63,831 nt of DNA, filler included, from Octopus bimaculoides (GCF_001194135.2; 6 parts of 6 records of this genome joined end to end with filler, not necessarily neighbours in it); one strand, 5' to 3'. Positions 23,958 through 39,115 are shown, numbered from the whole stretch's first letter. A program made the numbers and translations. The notes: a model not told the origin generated them from the letters alone.

Positions 23958-26133
23958 ATAGAACAGTAATTATTAGGTGTTGACAAAACCATGGAGGAAT
24001 ATTCTACTTTATGCAAATCAACGATTTACTCATTATACTGTTCAGAATAAAAACAGAAATCTGAATCCAAGTTTTTAATAAATTTAGGTATTATATTCAC
24101 CAAAATCACTATAGATGTGGAATCATACAGAAGTTAAGCGAAATCAGTATTAAGCGTTTAACAGTTAATCGAAACTTTCGTTGAATGCCATATCTAAAGA
24201 AAACTATTGATCAGTAAATTGCTTTTCTCTATCGGGAACGAATGGAATATTTATCAGTAAAATATAGGAAGAGCAATTAGATGGTTGAAGCAATGAATCA
24301 ATTTAAACAAATAATATATGATAATAGAACTGATATTTTTTTTTAAAATTTAGTAATATCAAAGCTGGAGAATATTTGTGTAACCGACAGACTAAACGCA
24401 GGTCAACGCATTTTGTTATGATCAAACTGGCAAAGAAGTGTATGAGGAAATATGGACAAGCAATATACATTGCGATATGGGATATGAAGATCTGCTGACG
24501 ATTACTTTACTCCAATTATTTAGGCTTCCTGAAGAATCATTGTTACTTTGTTGGATAAATATATATNNNNNNNNNNNNNNNNNNNNNNNNNNNNNNNNNN
24601 NNNNNNNNNNNNNNNNNNNNNNNNNNNNNNNNNNNNNNNNNNNNNNNNNNNNNNNNNNNNNNNNNNNNNNNNNNNNNNNNNNCTGCTTGTGTCTAGCAAC
24701 ATTCAGCTAAAAGATATGGTCATTCTCAACTTCTAAAATTATGATAGAAGTTACTCGAACAACGTGACACACCCTGGCATTGAATCCGGAATCGCAGTAC
24801 CATGCTTTTTGACTTTACTTGAACCCATCTTGGATAATTTCTAAAAGGTACAGGAACATTCTAAACGAGTAATGTTCCATAAATATAGTATTGTCTTTCA
24901 TGATTTGTTTGAGAAATTTCTTTAGCAAAAAGTCCTTCATACACAATAACCTACTACCATCTGTCGTCTAAAATATAATATCAAGAATTATATACGCTTT
25001 GCATGATACACAAAATTCTCTGTGATGTTTATGGCTGATAGAAGCTTGAAAATCAATAGCGCTCTCTTCCTTTCAGAAGCGAAGCAGAATGGCATTGAAA
25101 ACAAACATTTCATAAATATGGAACGAAAATGTATTTGTTGTAAAGTATCTTAGGATAGAGCTCAATAAAGTGCACTGGGTAGTACATTTTAGGATATCAA
25201 TATAATATAATGAAACATGATACTTAAAAAGGAAAATGAACTATAAAGAAACAAAATATATTTGTTATGGTAAATATATGCATGTATCAATATACCTGCT
25301 AAAGCTACCAGTTTAGTATTTTACAACTCACAACAACCAATATATTGTTCGGAATCATTAATCAGTGATGAGGCAAGTGTATAATTTAGGAAAACACTAT
25401 TATACGTGAATTTACATGTGTATGTATGTATGTATGTTCTTATTCAGTTTTATATCAGGATTTCTTGCCAGTAGAGAAAGAGCCGGATTCTAACGTCGAT
25501 CCAAGTGTCCATCATTTGAATTTCAACAACATCAACAGGGTATTTTTGTGTATATGTATATGTAAATATGCAGATGTGTACGTTTTGTCTTATGTATGTA
25601 TTCTCATGCATTTGTATGTATGTATGTATGTGTATGTGTATGCATGAACGTATGTAGGTAGGCGGACAGGCAGGCAGGCAGGCAGGTAGGTAGGTACGTA
25701 GAAAAGTAGTTAGGCAGGGACATACGTAGGTTTGAATTTATGTATACTTGTATGTTTGTGTGTATGTATGTAACTAGATATATATTGTTGTGCATATATA
25801 TGCGTGTGTTGTGTTCATGTTTGTGTGTTGGCGTGGACGTATCTCTGTATACAGAAACAATATTCACGTGCTTCTGTGGAAAAATACATCTCCACGTGCG
25901 TGTGTAAATATGGCTTTGTAAGCGGATTGCCTATAACTATGTATTCAATGATTTATCACAACATTTTTGAAGCCATTCAAATACCAATGTCGCTTATTCA
26001 TGTACATTTCGCATGATTGAAAGGCATATTGTAACTTGATACGTTCGTTAAATATTATTAACCGGTATATATATATACTCGTGCTTCGTACTTTTTTGTT
26101 GTACACGTTTCATGACGTCCTGTACCCACATAT

Positions 26134-26181
<48 letters not shown>

Positions 26182-27928
26182 NNNNNNNNNNNNNNNNNNN
26201 NNNNNNNNNNNNNNNNNNNNNNNNNNNNNNNNNNNNNNNNNNNNNNNNNNNNNNNNNNNNATATATATATATATATATATATATATATACGTATAGATGT
26301 AAGTATGAACATATACGTATGTATATATGCATATACATATATATATATATGTATGTATGTATATATGTATGTATATGTGGTTATGTGAGGAAAAATATAT
26401 ACTTAGGCAATTAAAATCAAGCTAATATTTTAGTTTCGGCTAAAGAAATATTACCATCATATATAATTCCTAAGTTTGTCAACATACACCACATAAAGTA
26501 TGAGATACACCTATTGACACATCATATGTATATATATTACATCGGCAGACAACTGTACAGTTACTAGTATATAATAGGGCTGTGTTCAGTTTCATGTATT
26601 CCAAAATAATCTTTTACGAGTGTGTACTTGTGTGTGTGTGTTTGTGTGTGTTCCTGAGTAAAAAAATGAAACGTATAATTGTTGTCTTGGGGAATGACTC
26701 TTAACCGGTTCCATATATCACAAACACTATTATTCAAAGATTCTAAATTCTCTCCCGTTTCCAATTAAGAAAATATTATAGCTTTTTTTTTCTACAAACT
26801 TGAAAAAAGTGAAAATGATTTTCCGTCGATTTCGACGATTTCTTCTCAGTCGATTGATTGAATTAACGATATACTCTGTAAATTTAATATATGTACTTGC
26901 AGAATACGTACAGTCATGTGACGGGACGGCATGATTCTTATACTCAGTAATAAGCTTGATCGTTTAAATATTAATATGTATCATGAAACGCGAGAGATAA
27001 GATCAGTTAACCGTAATTATCCTGGGAGATGAATTAAAGCAACGCAGTGGTGCACCGCTTATACTTTCATATAAAATTACATACATAATGAAATGAGATA
27101 TCTGATTCAGTAAGAAATAGCAATGATGTTAAAAATCCATGTGGCGACAACTGATAGAACAAACAGATAACATGTCACCCTCATCATGAAAATCTGTCTG
27201 AAAATAGCAACATCGTATTGCATAACTATGAGAAATGGTGACTGGACTAATATATGTTACAGTACAATCCGTGGAACGAATAATTTTCAAGATACGTTAC
27301 CATTCACAGTGATGTGTAGATCAAAATGCCTCATAATATACTGGTAGAGCATTTTTGTCAAACCCATAGTAAAAATGCAAACATAACACAAAGATCTAAA
27401 GTTGGGCAAAACATTTCACATATCAAAGGAAAACACTTACACAAAAAATTGTTCACAAATGTTGAGGGTTTGTGATAAAATGTCATCTCTGCAGGATTAA
27501 CAAGCAAACTGTAATTATTTTTGTTATAATTTTGGAATAAGTTTAAAACTAGCTACCGTAGTACCATTTGTGTTCCGGAGAACATAACAATATCAAAAAG
27601 ACCACGGCTAATCAGGCTGTCATTGATATAAGTTACGGAAGGTAGTGGATTATTTGTAAACTTTGCGGATGCATTACACTTAGAGAAAAATGTTGCCAAG
27701 AAGAAATAAACGAGTGTTATGATCTTCGTCTTGTATCAGTTTCCCTGGTTTATATCGCAAAAGCAACGGATTACCAAAGAAATCATATTCATGACGATAC
27801 ACTGCATATTAGCTAAGCACCTCAGGAGATTACAATGAACTAATTCTATTACTACTGCTACCACCCCCATACGCCTCCGAATCAATACGACTCACTTCAT
27901 ATATATATACGTGCGTGTGTATGCATGT

Positions 27929-27998
<70 letters not shown>

Positions 27999-29174
27999 TT
28001 ACACGTGTATGTATGTATATATATACAAATATATATGTATGCATATATATATATACATATATATATATTTACATATACAAATATATAAACATGCACAGAT
28101 GTATATGTGTATGTGTGTGTATGTGTATGTGTGTGTATAAACATACAAATATATAATAGATTTAACGTGCATGCGTGTGTATGTATGTGCATCAATGCGT
28201 TTGTTGCTCTGCATGGCGTTTGGTGATATATTTTTTACGTGATATTTTAGTAAGAATCGCAACCTTTTTTTAAATGTACAAATAGGATAAGAGGCAAACG
28301 CAAAATGGAGTCGGTACTTTCGAGTCACTACATGACTGCAATCCATTCATTGAAGTAATTGAAAGAGCATAATAATAAATATAGTACGTGATTGCACCTC
28401 TGAAAACAGGATGGACCTTAAAACTTGTTAAATTGATTAACCAGACACCCTGTGTCTGGCTCTCCGTCTACTGTAACATACATTACGACTACTCTTTGGA
28501 CATTTTAGCTCTTTCGTGGAGTATATTTAGTCGGTCGCTTGATGTAGTTCTACTATCTGCTTTATTAGTAATTTTAGGGGAAAATCCTCAGCCACACGTA
28601 TTGGAGCTATTTCTCTGGCCTAAAGATAACTTGTGTTTCTCCCATAATCTAAGCAGTTATGAAAAATAAAGGATTATAGGGCTACACTACACGCCCTGAC
28701 AAAAAGAGAGTACATACTTTTTACAGTATTTTACAGTTGCCAGAATCCACTGCGCAGCATAAAATAAAATATGACTAATACAATAACATGTATGATCATA
28801 TTAATGAAGCACGTAATTGCGATGATTGTATTTGATCATAAATTAATGTTTCGAATCGTCAATGCATATTTAAAGAATTTATTCACAGTGACAATTTCGA
28901 TTCATCTTTTTTTTTAATATTAAATGACTGCTTACAGTCAATCAAGTGAATGAACATTCTTATTTTGTACTTGAAACTATAGTTTTCGAAGTCTGATTCT
29001 GAGACAATAACGATTATTGAAAATAAATACCAGCATGGATTGAAGATTAGAGTTGTGAGGTCAACCTGAACGGTTTTAGCTACTGATATCATTTGCTATT
29101 GTTCGCGAATGTTGTAGTGATGTGCAATGAAACTCCATACAGAATCTAAATGGATTCTGAGAAGTTTGTACAGG

Positions 29175-29222
<48 letters not shown>

Positions 29223-29445
29223 CATATATAGCAATACATGAAAATATCTTGCAGTGATATATTAATAACGAATATATTAAGACTGCTGATGAACAGCATA
29301 TCGAGAACTCTATTCTCCGAAGGAAATGTACAAAATGACTATTTCCCTTTGAATCATATTGTTTATATGTGCATCGTGTAAGTCACGAATCTTCGTCACC
29401 ACTCTTATGTCTCATATAATACCAGTCGTTGAGTGAGCTACGAAA

Positions 29446-29623
29446 TCCTCGTCGCCATTGTTATGTCTCAAGCTACTGCTATCTAGCACCTTCGGATTAT
29501 CTCTAGTCAACCGCTGCACAACTGCTACTCGACTGCTACTCACCACTCCTACTACGGCCAGACTACCTCTACTTATATGTCTTGGCAGATCCTACTTCTT
29601 CGCCCGGGGACATCGACACAACA
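29446..29623 (-). mobile_element. 5' LTR (165 bp) plus primer-binding site of an LTR retrotransposon (Gypsy Mag-like or BEL)
   Basis: Minus strand TGTTGTGT...CATAACA (29623-29459) followed by TGGCGACGAGGA (29457-29446), complementary to the typical tRNA-Ser(GCU) 3' end UCCUCGUCGCCA. No internal ORF was seen. Confidence 0.75.
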
Positions 29624-29715
29624 TATATAATACATAATATCTACAAGCTGTATATTTACAAATGTGTACAAAGAAAATCTGCTTATACATACATACATAC
29701 ATACATACATGCATG

Positions 29716-29767
<52 letters not shown>

Positions 29768-30677
29768 NNNNNNNNNNNNNNNNNNNNNNNNNNNNNNNNN
29801 NNNNNNNNNNNNNNNNNNNNNNNNNNNNNNNNNNNNNNNNNNNNNNNNNNNNNNNNNNNNNNNNNNNNNNNNNNNNNNNNNNNNNNNNNNNNNNNNNNNN
29901 NNNNNNNNNNNNNNNNNNNNNNNNNNNNNNNNNNNNNNNNNNNNNNNNNNNNNNNNNNNNNNNNNNNNNNNNNNNNNNNNNNNNNNNNNNNNNNNNNNNN
30001 NNNNNNNNNNNNNNNNNNNNNNNNNNNNNNNNNNNNNNNNNNNNNNNNNNNNNNNNNNNNNNNNNNNNNNNNNNNNNNNNNNNNNNNNNNNNNNNNNNNN
30101 NNNNNNNNNNNNNNNNNNNNNNNNNNNNNNNNNNNNNNNNNNNNNNNNNNNNNNNNNNNNNNNNNNNNNNNNNNNNNNNNNNNNNNNNNNNNNNNNNNNN
30201 NNNNNNNNNNNNNNNNNNNNNNNNNNNNNNNNNNNNNNNNNNNNNNNNNNNNNNNNNNNNNNNNNNNNNNNNNNNNNNNNNNNNNNNNNNNNNNNNNNNN
30301 NNNNNNNNNNNNNNNNNNNNNNNNNNNNNNNNNNNNNNNNNNNNNNNNNNNNNNNNNNNNNNNNNNNNNNNNNNNNNNNNNNNNNNNNNNNNNNNNNNNN
30401 NNNNNNNNNNNNNNNNNNNNNNNNNNNNNNNNNNNNNNNNNNNNNNNNNNNNNNNNNNNNNNNNNNNNNNNNNNNNNNNNNNNNNNNNNNNNNNNNNNNN
30501 NNNNNNNNNNNNNNNNNNNNNNNNNNNNNNNNNNNNNNNNNNNNNNNNNNNNNNNNNNNNNNNNNNNNNNNNNNNNNNNNNNNNNNNNNNNNNNNNNNNN
30601 NNNNNNNNNNNNNNNNNNNNNNNNNNNNNNNNNNNNNNNNNNNNNNNNNNNNNNNNNNNNNNNNNNNNNNNNNNNNN

Positions 30678-30708
<31 letters not shown>

Positions 30709-30737
30709 GGCTATGTCTGTCAATATAAATATATATA

Positions 30738-30781
<44 letters not shown>

Positions 30782-31560
30782 TGCGTGTGTACACACAAAC
30801 ATACACATACGTATTCATATTAATCTCACACACTTTATCACCATTGCAATTTTCTTTCTCTACCATCAGACATTAAACTACATTCTTTCTAGGTTTATGA
30901 GTGAGATATGCAATTCACTGCTTTCGTTTTCCCCATTAATGCTAACGTAGCGTTAAGTACATACTACTTTAAAGCGAGTCTACGTCTGCCTTTCCTTTCA
31001 CAACAAAGAGTATAAACAAAAGAAGAGAAATATTCAGTGCCTTCTGCAGAATAATTCTACATAATATAATTCTCTGTACATATAGATATCGTATTCCCAT
31101 AACAATTATAGAACACAATAAAGAATTTTCTGTGTAGTCTAAGTTTTTATTCATGACAAAGTGAAAAAATGTTCGGATATTTATCGATTAGGGCCGTAAT
31201 GTTGCACAATGCCAGCATTATAAAGTTTATAATATAGAAATTAGGTTCTATTGGATGTAAGACGGGATAAAAGATATTAGATCGGATAAATTGTTTTGTT
31301 TTTACGCTCTATAGTTTTAACAACCGAGTTCAATTCCATTTCGGGCCGACTGAATATTTTCATTCTGCTCCGGTGTTGATAATTAAATATCATTGAAACA
31401 CAAGGAATGATTAATCCCTTTCCAGCTCTTCTTGGATTGATTCTGTCACAGAATTATTTGATTAATTCATTTGTTTGAATTGACCCGGTCACTCTGAAGC
31501 TGCACTGCGTAAACCGAAATGTACGTACGTATTTTGTATATATGTATATATATATATATG

Positions 31561-31668
<108 letters not shown>

Positions 31669-31839
31669 TGCGTGTGTGTGTGTGCGTGTGTGTTTATATG
31701 CAAACATATACATATATGCTTCTAGGCGTAATGGCACTGCTGAAAAGTTTCTCGTTATTTCTTTTATAAGTACAAATGAATTTGGAATGTCCTACTCCTA
31801 AGTATTTTATAATGAACTTTTACGTTGTTTCACAACATT

Positions 31840-31893
31840 CATCATCATCATCATCATCATCATTAGCATCATCATCACCATCATCATCATCAT

Positions 31894-31926
<33 letters not shown>
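31840..31926. repeat. (CAT)n microsatellite
   Basis: Direct reading. Confidence 0.95.
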
Positions 31927-31929
<3 letters not shown>

Positions 31930-32162
31930 TGAAAGTTATTGGGCAACCAATGGTCATTGGTCGGAATTCACACTACGGTCGATTTCCACAGTTCTCGACC
32001 ATTCATCGCACCTCCAAGTTCTTTGAGGACAATTCTTGGGTCGACAGCAATGACGTGTAGAGAAGTGAGTTTTCTCGAGAAGATTCTTCTAGTCGGCGCC
32101 AACAATAGGTGCGATGGAAGGATCTCTTTGCTTCCCATTATATACTGCTTTATATTCATTTG

Positions 32163-32236
32163 TGAGGTATTTGATGTATGAGGTATTTGATGTATGAGGT
32201 ATTTGATGTATGAGGTATTTGATGTATGAGGTATTT
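32163..32236. repeat. 16-bp minisatellite TGAGGTATTTGATGTA, about 4.6 copies
   Basis: Units start at 32163, 32179, 32195, 32211 and 32227. Confidence 0.95.
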
Positions 32237-33013
32237 AACTTTCTGAGGCTTGTGTCTTTGTGTACTAACACAAATAAACTATGTGTAAAATACCAAGAAC
32301 CTCTGGAATGTATGCTAATGTACGGCCGTTTTCTAGCAGTTACTTTCAAATACAGTAATATTTCATACTAAATGATTTAATTTTCAGGAACTAAATCTGA
32401 TAGGTTACATAAAAATATCCTGAAATTTTGAAACGTTTCTTCCCTTTAATTCTTAATAAATGGTATTAGCTTAGCTAATGAGTATTTATAGATCACATCA
32501 CATGAATGTTCAAATTTCGCGATGTAAAGTCAGTTCAGAAATTTCATATATTTAATATACGTACATTTCTTTAGCTTTAAATAGAATTCGCTTTCAGTTT
32601 AAAAGTACTTCATTGATGAGGAAATTAGAATCGATTGAATCGTTAAATGTCAATGTTCAGCGATGTCTTATTCTGTCTTTTGTTTCTTTGGCGCTGTTCA
32701 CGAAGAGGAAATCTAAATTTACTTCAATACACTTGTTAAGAAGACTGTCCAATGGAGCAGTGATAGAATGTGTTTGAAATAGAACCGTAATGAAAAGGAA
32801 ATCAAACTATAATTTGATATTTCCAGTAAAATTGATAGGATATGATCAGGAAAGAGACGGTTTAGCGTAGGGTTTCATAGCTACATTATGGTAGAGCACT
32901 GTATTGATCAATATGGTCAGAAATCAAATGGTTGTGGAAACAATACAAGGGATATATTGTTGATCAACGGATGAAACATGAGTCGAAGTACTCAAGATTA
33001 ACACATGCAACTG

Positions 33014-33067
<54 letters not shown>

Positions 33068-33069
<2 letters not shown>

Positions 33070-33386
33070 TGAGACCCCCTTCGGTCATGACTGACCATGG
33101 GATTTCACCTAGAAAGTTACCCCCCCCCCCTCGGGCACAATTCCCGGCAAGGTTGTTTTTATGGCGGACCAGCAGTCACCCATGGATACCGGCCTCCCCT
33201 CTCCACGCCATCAGTATTATACAAGGGAAAAGCAAACGCCGATACAGCTTGGCACCTGTGACGTCGCAACTCATTTCTACGGTTGAGTGAACGGGAGCAA
33301 CGTGAAATAAAGTGTCTTGCTCAAGAAAACAACACGGAGCCCGGTCCGGGATTCAAACTCACAACCACTGAGCCATGCCCCTTCAC
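33068..33386 (-). mobile_element. SINE family C (tRNA head, CORE-like ttgagcaagacacttt, distinct 3' tail)
   Basis: Minus strand gtgaagg..atggctcagtgg, gagtttgaatcccggacc, tcttgagcaagacactttatttcacgttgctcc. One copy only in the window. Confidence 0.75.
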
Positions 33387-34195
33387 TATATACATACCAC
33401 CGCGTCCTATATATGTATATATATGCGTGTATGTATATATGTATGCTTCTGTTTATTCCTTCACAATGTTTGCATGCGTATGTATATATATATATATATT
33501 AACGTATGTGTGCATGTATGTATGCATGTATGTATGCGTTCATGTATGTATATATAGCTCAGGAGAATTACAAAAAAATACGCACTTATATCTTTACCAA
33601 CAATGTAAGAATAAGGTATATTGTTTTCTTTTAAGTTTTTTTTTCTTTTTTACATTTTTGGGGGCTAGGTACAGCCCCACATGGAGGAAAGATTGAATAT
33701 CAGAAATTATGAGAGGTGAATAAATATCATGAATCATTTTGTCCCACCTCGTACTGAATAAGATCTCGATCAACCTAGGAATCATGTTTATTGCAGTACA
33801 AATAAGCATTGTTGAAATAGTTGCTAAAAAAGCGGGTAAAACAAACTAAATATCCTATTTCATTTCAATGATATCACTTATATATTTATATATATATATA
33901 CTTCAGAAAAAGTATATTACATGCGTATAAGAAGGGATGACCACTTAGTGGACATCCAATATGCTAGAAAGAGGTCATCAATGACCCAACCACAAAGAAA
34001 TATAATGTTCTCCAGAAAAAAAATTCAGCAAACACCAGAGCATAGGCGGGCAAGACAAAATGAAAAATATGCAAAATAAAAAATTAATCGTATACCGGTT
34101 TCGCCATCAACTTTTTTACTCACGTAAAAACGTCCGTGGCTCGTCAGCACAATCTATGTTTTGAATTGAAATTAATATTCAATTTATCACCCTCA

Positions 34196-34239
<44 letters not shown>

Positions 34240-34249
34240 GTGTGTGTGT

Positions 34250-34291
<42 letters not shown>

Positions 34292-34878
34292 CATTGGACA
34301 CATGCATTTTACCTCCTACTTAGCTGTGGACTCACCTAGAGACAAAATAGACATCGATGATTCAACAGATATATGAGCTAATTATCTTGCCTAAATTTTC
34401 AATCTGGTTTTGTGTGATTGATGTACGAACTGGGGCATGTTTGTAGGAGACTGATCGACAATGGATTCGCAACTACATTGATTAACTTGTAGTACAGATC
34501 CCAGGAAGTCTATTCGTTACGTTCACTCGTTCCGTATGTGTATAAAGGCAAATAGTGTGCCTTAAAAAAATGCGTATACACGCGCGCGCGTGCACACACA
34601 CACACACACATACAGACACAAACAAGAAGACGCGCACGTGTGCACATATGCACACACACAAGAACGTATGTGTACATGTATAAATTTATATATTATGCTG
34701 TCTCTAGGCATATGTATATCTACAAGTGTGTTTATGTATGCGTCGATATATACTTACACACACATATATATATATATANNNNNNNNNNNNNNNNNNNNNN
34801 NNNNNNNNNNNNNNNNNNNNNNTTAATTAATTAANNNNNNNNNNNNNNNNNNNNNNNNNNNNNNNNNNNNNNNNNNNN

Positions 34879-34923
<45 letters not shown>

Positions 34924-35186
34924 TAGTCGATTACGGATTTGGTATTAGTCTTTATTTTGTACGAGAACCATTTCGACCCATCCTGCGACCCATCTGTTAT
35001 GGGTGGGATGCTGTGCATCCATTTTCTGTTTCCGTAATCGATTAGTATCTCAACTAACACTGCTGAATTCGTGAAGTAGATCCAACGGAAATATACCACA
35101 ACAGCGGATGATACCAGGTAGCCCAAACCGAGCCAGTGCTTTACTCAACACATGAGCGGACTAATTGACATATATCCATTAGCCCA

Positions 35187-35273
<87 letters not shown>

Positions 35274-35639
35274 TCACACATACATACATACATACACATC
35301 GTTTTGCGTACGATTTAGTGAGCAAAATGCACTCACTTCATAAAGTACATCTTAGACATTACTGATCAATTAATGGTAGAATTTCTTTAACTGGCTGCAT
35401 TCTTCTGTATCTACTGAACATTAGAAATCTTCAGAGACAAATATGTTTGGTTAGGGTGTTCAGGATAGCGTTTGATTTATAGGAATAGTGTTCGTAATTG
35501 AAGTGACAAATAGCGTGGCTTAGTGACTCAGATGTTTAAAAGTAGATAATATATTGTTTCGACATCAACAGTTCTTAGAAAGACAACTCTGTAAAATTTG
35601 AGAGCAATTGTACATGGAAGACAAATTATCTATTCTTCT

Positions 35640-35885
35640 ATTCTTTTATTCTTTTGTTCTTTTACTTGTTTCAGTTGTTTGACTTCGGTCATGCTGAAAC
35701 ACCGCCTTGAAGGTTTTTACTTTTTTTAGCCGAACAAATCTACCCCAGGACTTATTCTTTGTAAGCCCAGTACTTATTCTATTGGTCTCTTTTGCCGAAC
35801 CACTAAGTTACGGGGACGTAAACACACCATCACCAGTTGTCAAGCGGTAATGGGTGGACAAACACACACACACACGCACACACAC
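35640..35885 (-). mobile_element. SINE family B, 3' half
   Basis: ttttacttgtttcag...ccccaggacttattctttgtaagccc agtacttattctat. Confidence 0.85.
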
Positions 35886-35974
35886 ACATACACGCACGCA
35901 ATCACACACACATATGTGTGTGTGTTTGTGTGAGTGTATGTGTACTTGTGCTTGTTTCCTCTGATCCCTTGACA

Positions 35975-36111
35975 ACCGGTTCAGTCCCACTGCACGGTAT
36001 ATTGAGCACATGTCTTCTACTATAGCTCCGGACCGACCAAGGTATTGTGAATGAATTTAGAAGATAGAGGCTGTGCGGAAGCCTGTCGTATACATACATA
36101 CATACACACAT

Positions 36112-36174
<63 letters not shown>

Positions 36175-36184
36175 NNNNNNNNNN

Positions 36185-36253
<69 letters not shown>

Positions 36254-36472
36254 TACGTGTGTGTGTGCACGTCTGCGTATGTCTATGTTTTTGCTTGTTC
36301 CCTTCACCGTCTGACAAGAGGCGTTGATTTGCCTATGTCCCTCGGAAACGTAGCAGTTCGGCAAACGGTTTCGATACAGTACGTACCTAGCTTAAAAATA
36401 AATACTGACAAAAATCCTTCAAGATAGTTCCTCAGGATGGCTGCAGTTCAGCGAATGGGACAAATAAAAGCA
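35975..36472 (+). mobile_element. SINE family B, diverged, head truncated
   Basis: ggttcagtcccactgc...tgtcttctactatagc, microsatellite and a degenerate tail. Confidence 0.7.
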
Positions 36473-37420
36473 TTGTTACTACAACAAGGACAAACCAAAA
36501 TACTGACTCTCAGCATCATTATGTTTATGATCGTTGTATTTCCGAATTTAAATCGAATAAACTCTTTCAGCGAAATTCTGCCTCAAACACCCGCTCCAAA
36601 TCTAATATATATTTGTAGACGTAAATCAAAAATATTTCGCTGAAATATTTCCAAATGCCAAACAGTCAACCACCGTATAGATCTGTATCATACGGTCACG
36701 TGGTCCAAATAAATCAGCGTTCCTTTTGTTAAAGTGCATCTCGTATCAGTTGGTTTTTGTCACCATAAATTTGAATTTTTGTTGAAATACTTCCAAAGTC
36801 CTAACGGATAAACATTAGTCAGTTTTGTATGATGACGTTACATGTTTCAAACAAATCCAGAGGCTTTTATTACTAACCTGCTTCTCACTTTGTTATTTAT
36901 TTCGTATAGAAAAGGAAAGGCCTTTCGATTAATTTCAATAATTACTGAGATTTCGTGCAAACAACTCTGAGCTATGATGTGTGATGTTTCAGTTTGAAAT
37001 AAATTTTACTGCACTATTCTATTTTGGTTTGGTTTGTTATTTTACCCACTCGACTGTTTACAATATTAATTAATTCATACACCCACCATATACATACATA
37101 CAGACAGACAGACAGACATACAGACAGACAGACAGAAAATAAAGGAATTCTCGAACACAGGATGCCTGTGAAGTCAGCTTAGAAAATCGATTAAATACCC
37201 TGTAGAATACGGTAAAGAGTTGCCTGTAAGACTCTACAGAGAACTGAACCCTGTACCTCTCAAATTCCAGCTGACCGCTCATTACCATTAAGCTAAGGGG
37301 CCCCTGATACGCACATACACACACACACATGTACATGTGTGTTTTTATATATAGAGAACAAGAAGCTATATGTACATACATACTAACATGTATATATAAT
37401 AAATAATACCCATACATGTG

Positions 37421-37460
<40 letters not shown>

Positions 37461-37518
37461 GCATTCCAGAAGTTTTGAGACTTTTTTAAGGAGAGGCAGT
37501 TATAACTACATGATTATT

Positions 37519-37742
37519 CTACTCTACTTTACTTTCCACTCTAGGCACAAGGCCCCACATTTTTGGAGAGGGTGCCGGTCGATTATATCGACTCCAATAC
37601 ACAATTGGTACTTAATTTATCGACCCCGAAAGGATGAAAGGCAAAGTCGACCTCGGCGGAATTTGAACTCAAAACGTAAAGACAGACGAACTACCGCTAA
37701 GCATTTCGCCCGGTGTGCTAACGTTTCTGCCAGCTCGCCGCC
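37519..37742 (-). mobile_element. SINE family A with 19-bp target-site duplication
   Basis: Near-consensus copy flanked by TTATAACTACATGATTATT at 37500-37518 and 37743-37761. Confidence 0.95.
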
Positions 37743-39115
37743 TTATAACTACATGATTATTGTAATATTAGTATACCATTATACCTGGTACGTGCAAGCT
37801 TTTTAGGATTACCAAGCATTCGGCTACGTATAGCTTGTAGCATTTCGTTCCATTTATATACGGACCNNNNNNNNNNNNNNNNNNNNNNNNNNNNNNNNNN
37901 NNNNNNNNNNNNNNNNNNNNNNNNNNNNNNNNNNNNNNNNNNNNNNNNNNNNNNNNNNNNNNNNNNNNNNNNNNNNNNNNNNNNNNNNNNNNNNNNNNNN
38001 NNNNNNNNNNNNNNNNNNNNNNNNNNNNNNNNNNNNNNNNNNNNNNNNNNNNNNNNNNNNNNNNNNNNNNNNNNNNNNNNNNNNNNNNNNNNNNNNNNNN
38101 NNNNNNNNNNNNNNNNNNNNNNNNNNNNNNNNNNNNNNNNNNNNNNNNNNNNNNNNNNNNNNNNNNNNNNNNNNNNNNNNNNNNNNNNNNNNNNNNNNNN
38201 NNNNNNNNNNNNNNNNNNNNNNNNNNNNNNNNNNNNNNNNNNNNNNNNNNNNNNNNNNNNNNNNNNNNNNNNNNNNNNNNNNNNNNNNNNNNNNNNNNNN
38301 NNNNNNNNNNNNNNNNNNNNNNNNNNNNNNNNNNNNNNNNNNNNNNNNNNNNNNNNNNNNNATATATATATATATACATATATATTTACACACATATTCA
38401 CACATATATGAAACAGGGTTGTTTTGAAAACAAATAATACAATCACGACGGTGTCCTAGGTTTGGCTATTTTTAAGTACATTTTCGTACATGTACTTTGC
38501 AATTTGTTTTGAAACAACGGAGTTCCCAAATCAATCACAAGCTAGTCTTGAGCCTCATGAGTCCATCCATATGACTAAATTAATTTCTCTTATCATTTCT
38601 GTTTCAACCTTTATAGTAAGAAGGACCTATGAGACTGGTAATAATGTTTAAGCATTTAGAATTTGAATTCATGATGATTAGCGTCAGTTAGTGTTGTTTT
38701 TTTTATCGTGACTATATTCTTCTTGTATTTGCTTTTAGCAATTTGTTGTAACTTGAGTATTGATTTCATCTTGTGGCGATTTATGTATAGGGTATTTGTT
38801 TTTTTAACTATTGTCTTTTCTCTAGTTTGGTTCTTTGTCGTGTCATGTGGTGCATAACGATTGCTGGAAGTGCCAGGTGAGGTGATGCGAAAGCGTCAGA
38901 GTATTTCCAAATAAACTCAAAAGAACTCATACGAAAACATATAAATAAAAAAACTAAAAAAACTAAAAGATAAAACTAGAACGACTGCATATTCAACACA
39001 CACATATACACGCACCATGCACACGTATACATATGCATGTATATAAGCATATATATGCATACATATATCTATACTGAAATATATATTCTCCGTGTTTTTC
39101 TCCTTGTCTCCGTAT

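Noticed and set aside
34920-35130. 68-codon non-repetitive minus-strand frame (GYLVSSAVVVYFRW...)
   Set aside because: No recognisable domain or convincing splice sites, and it ends in a microsatellite.
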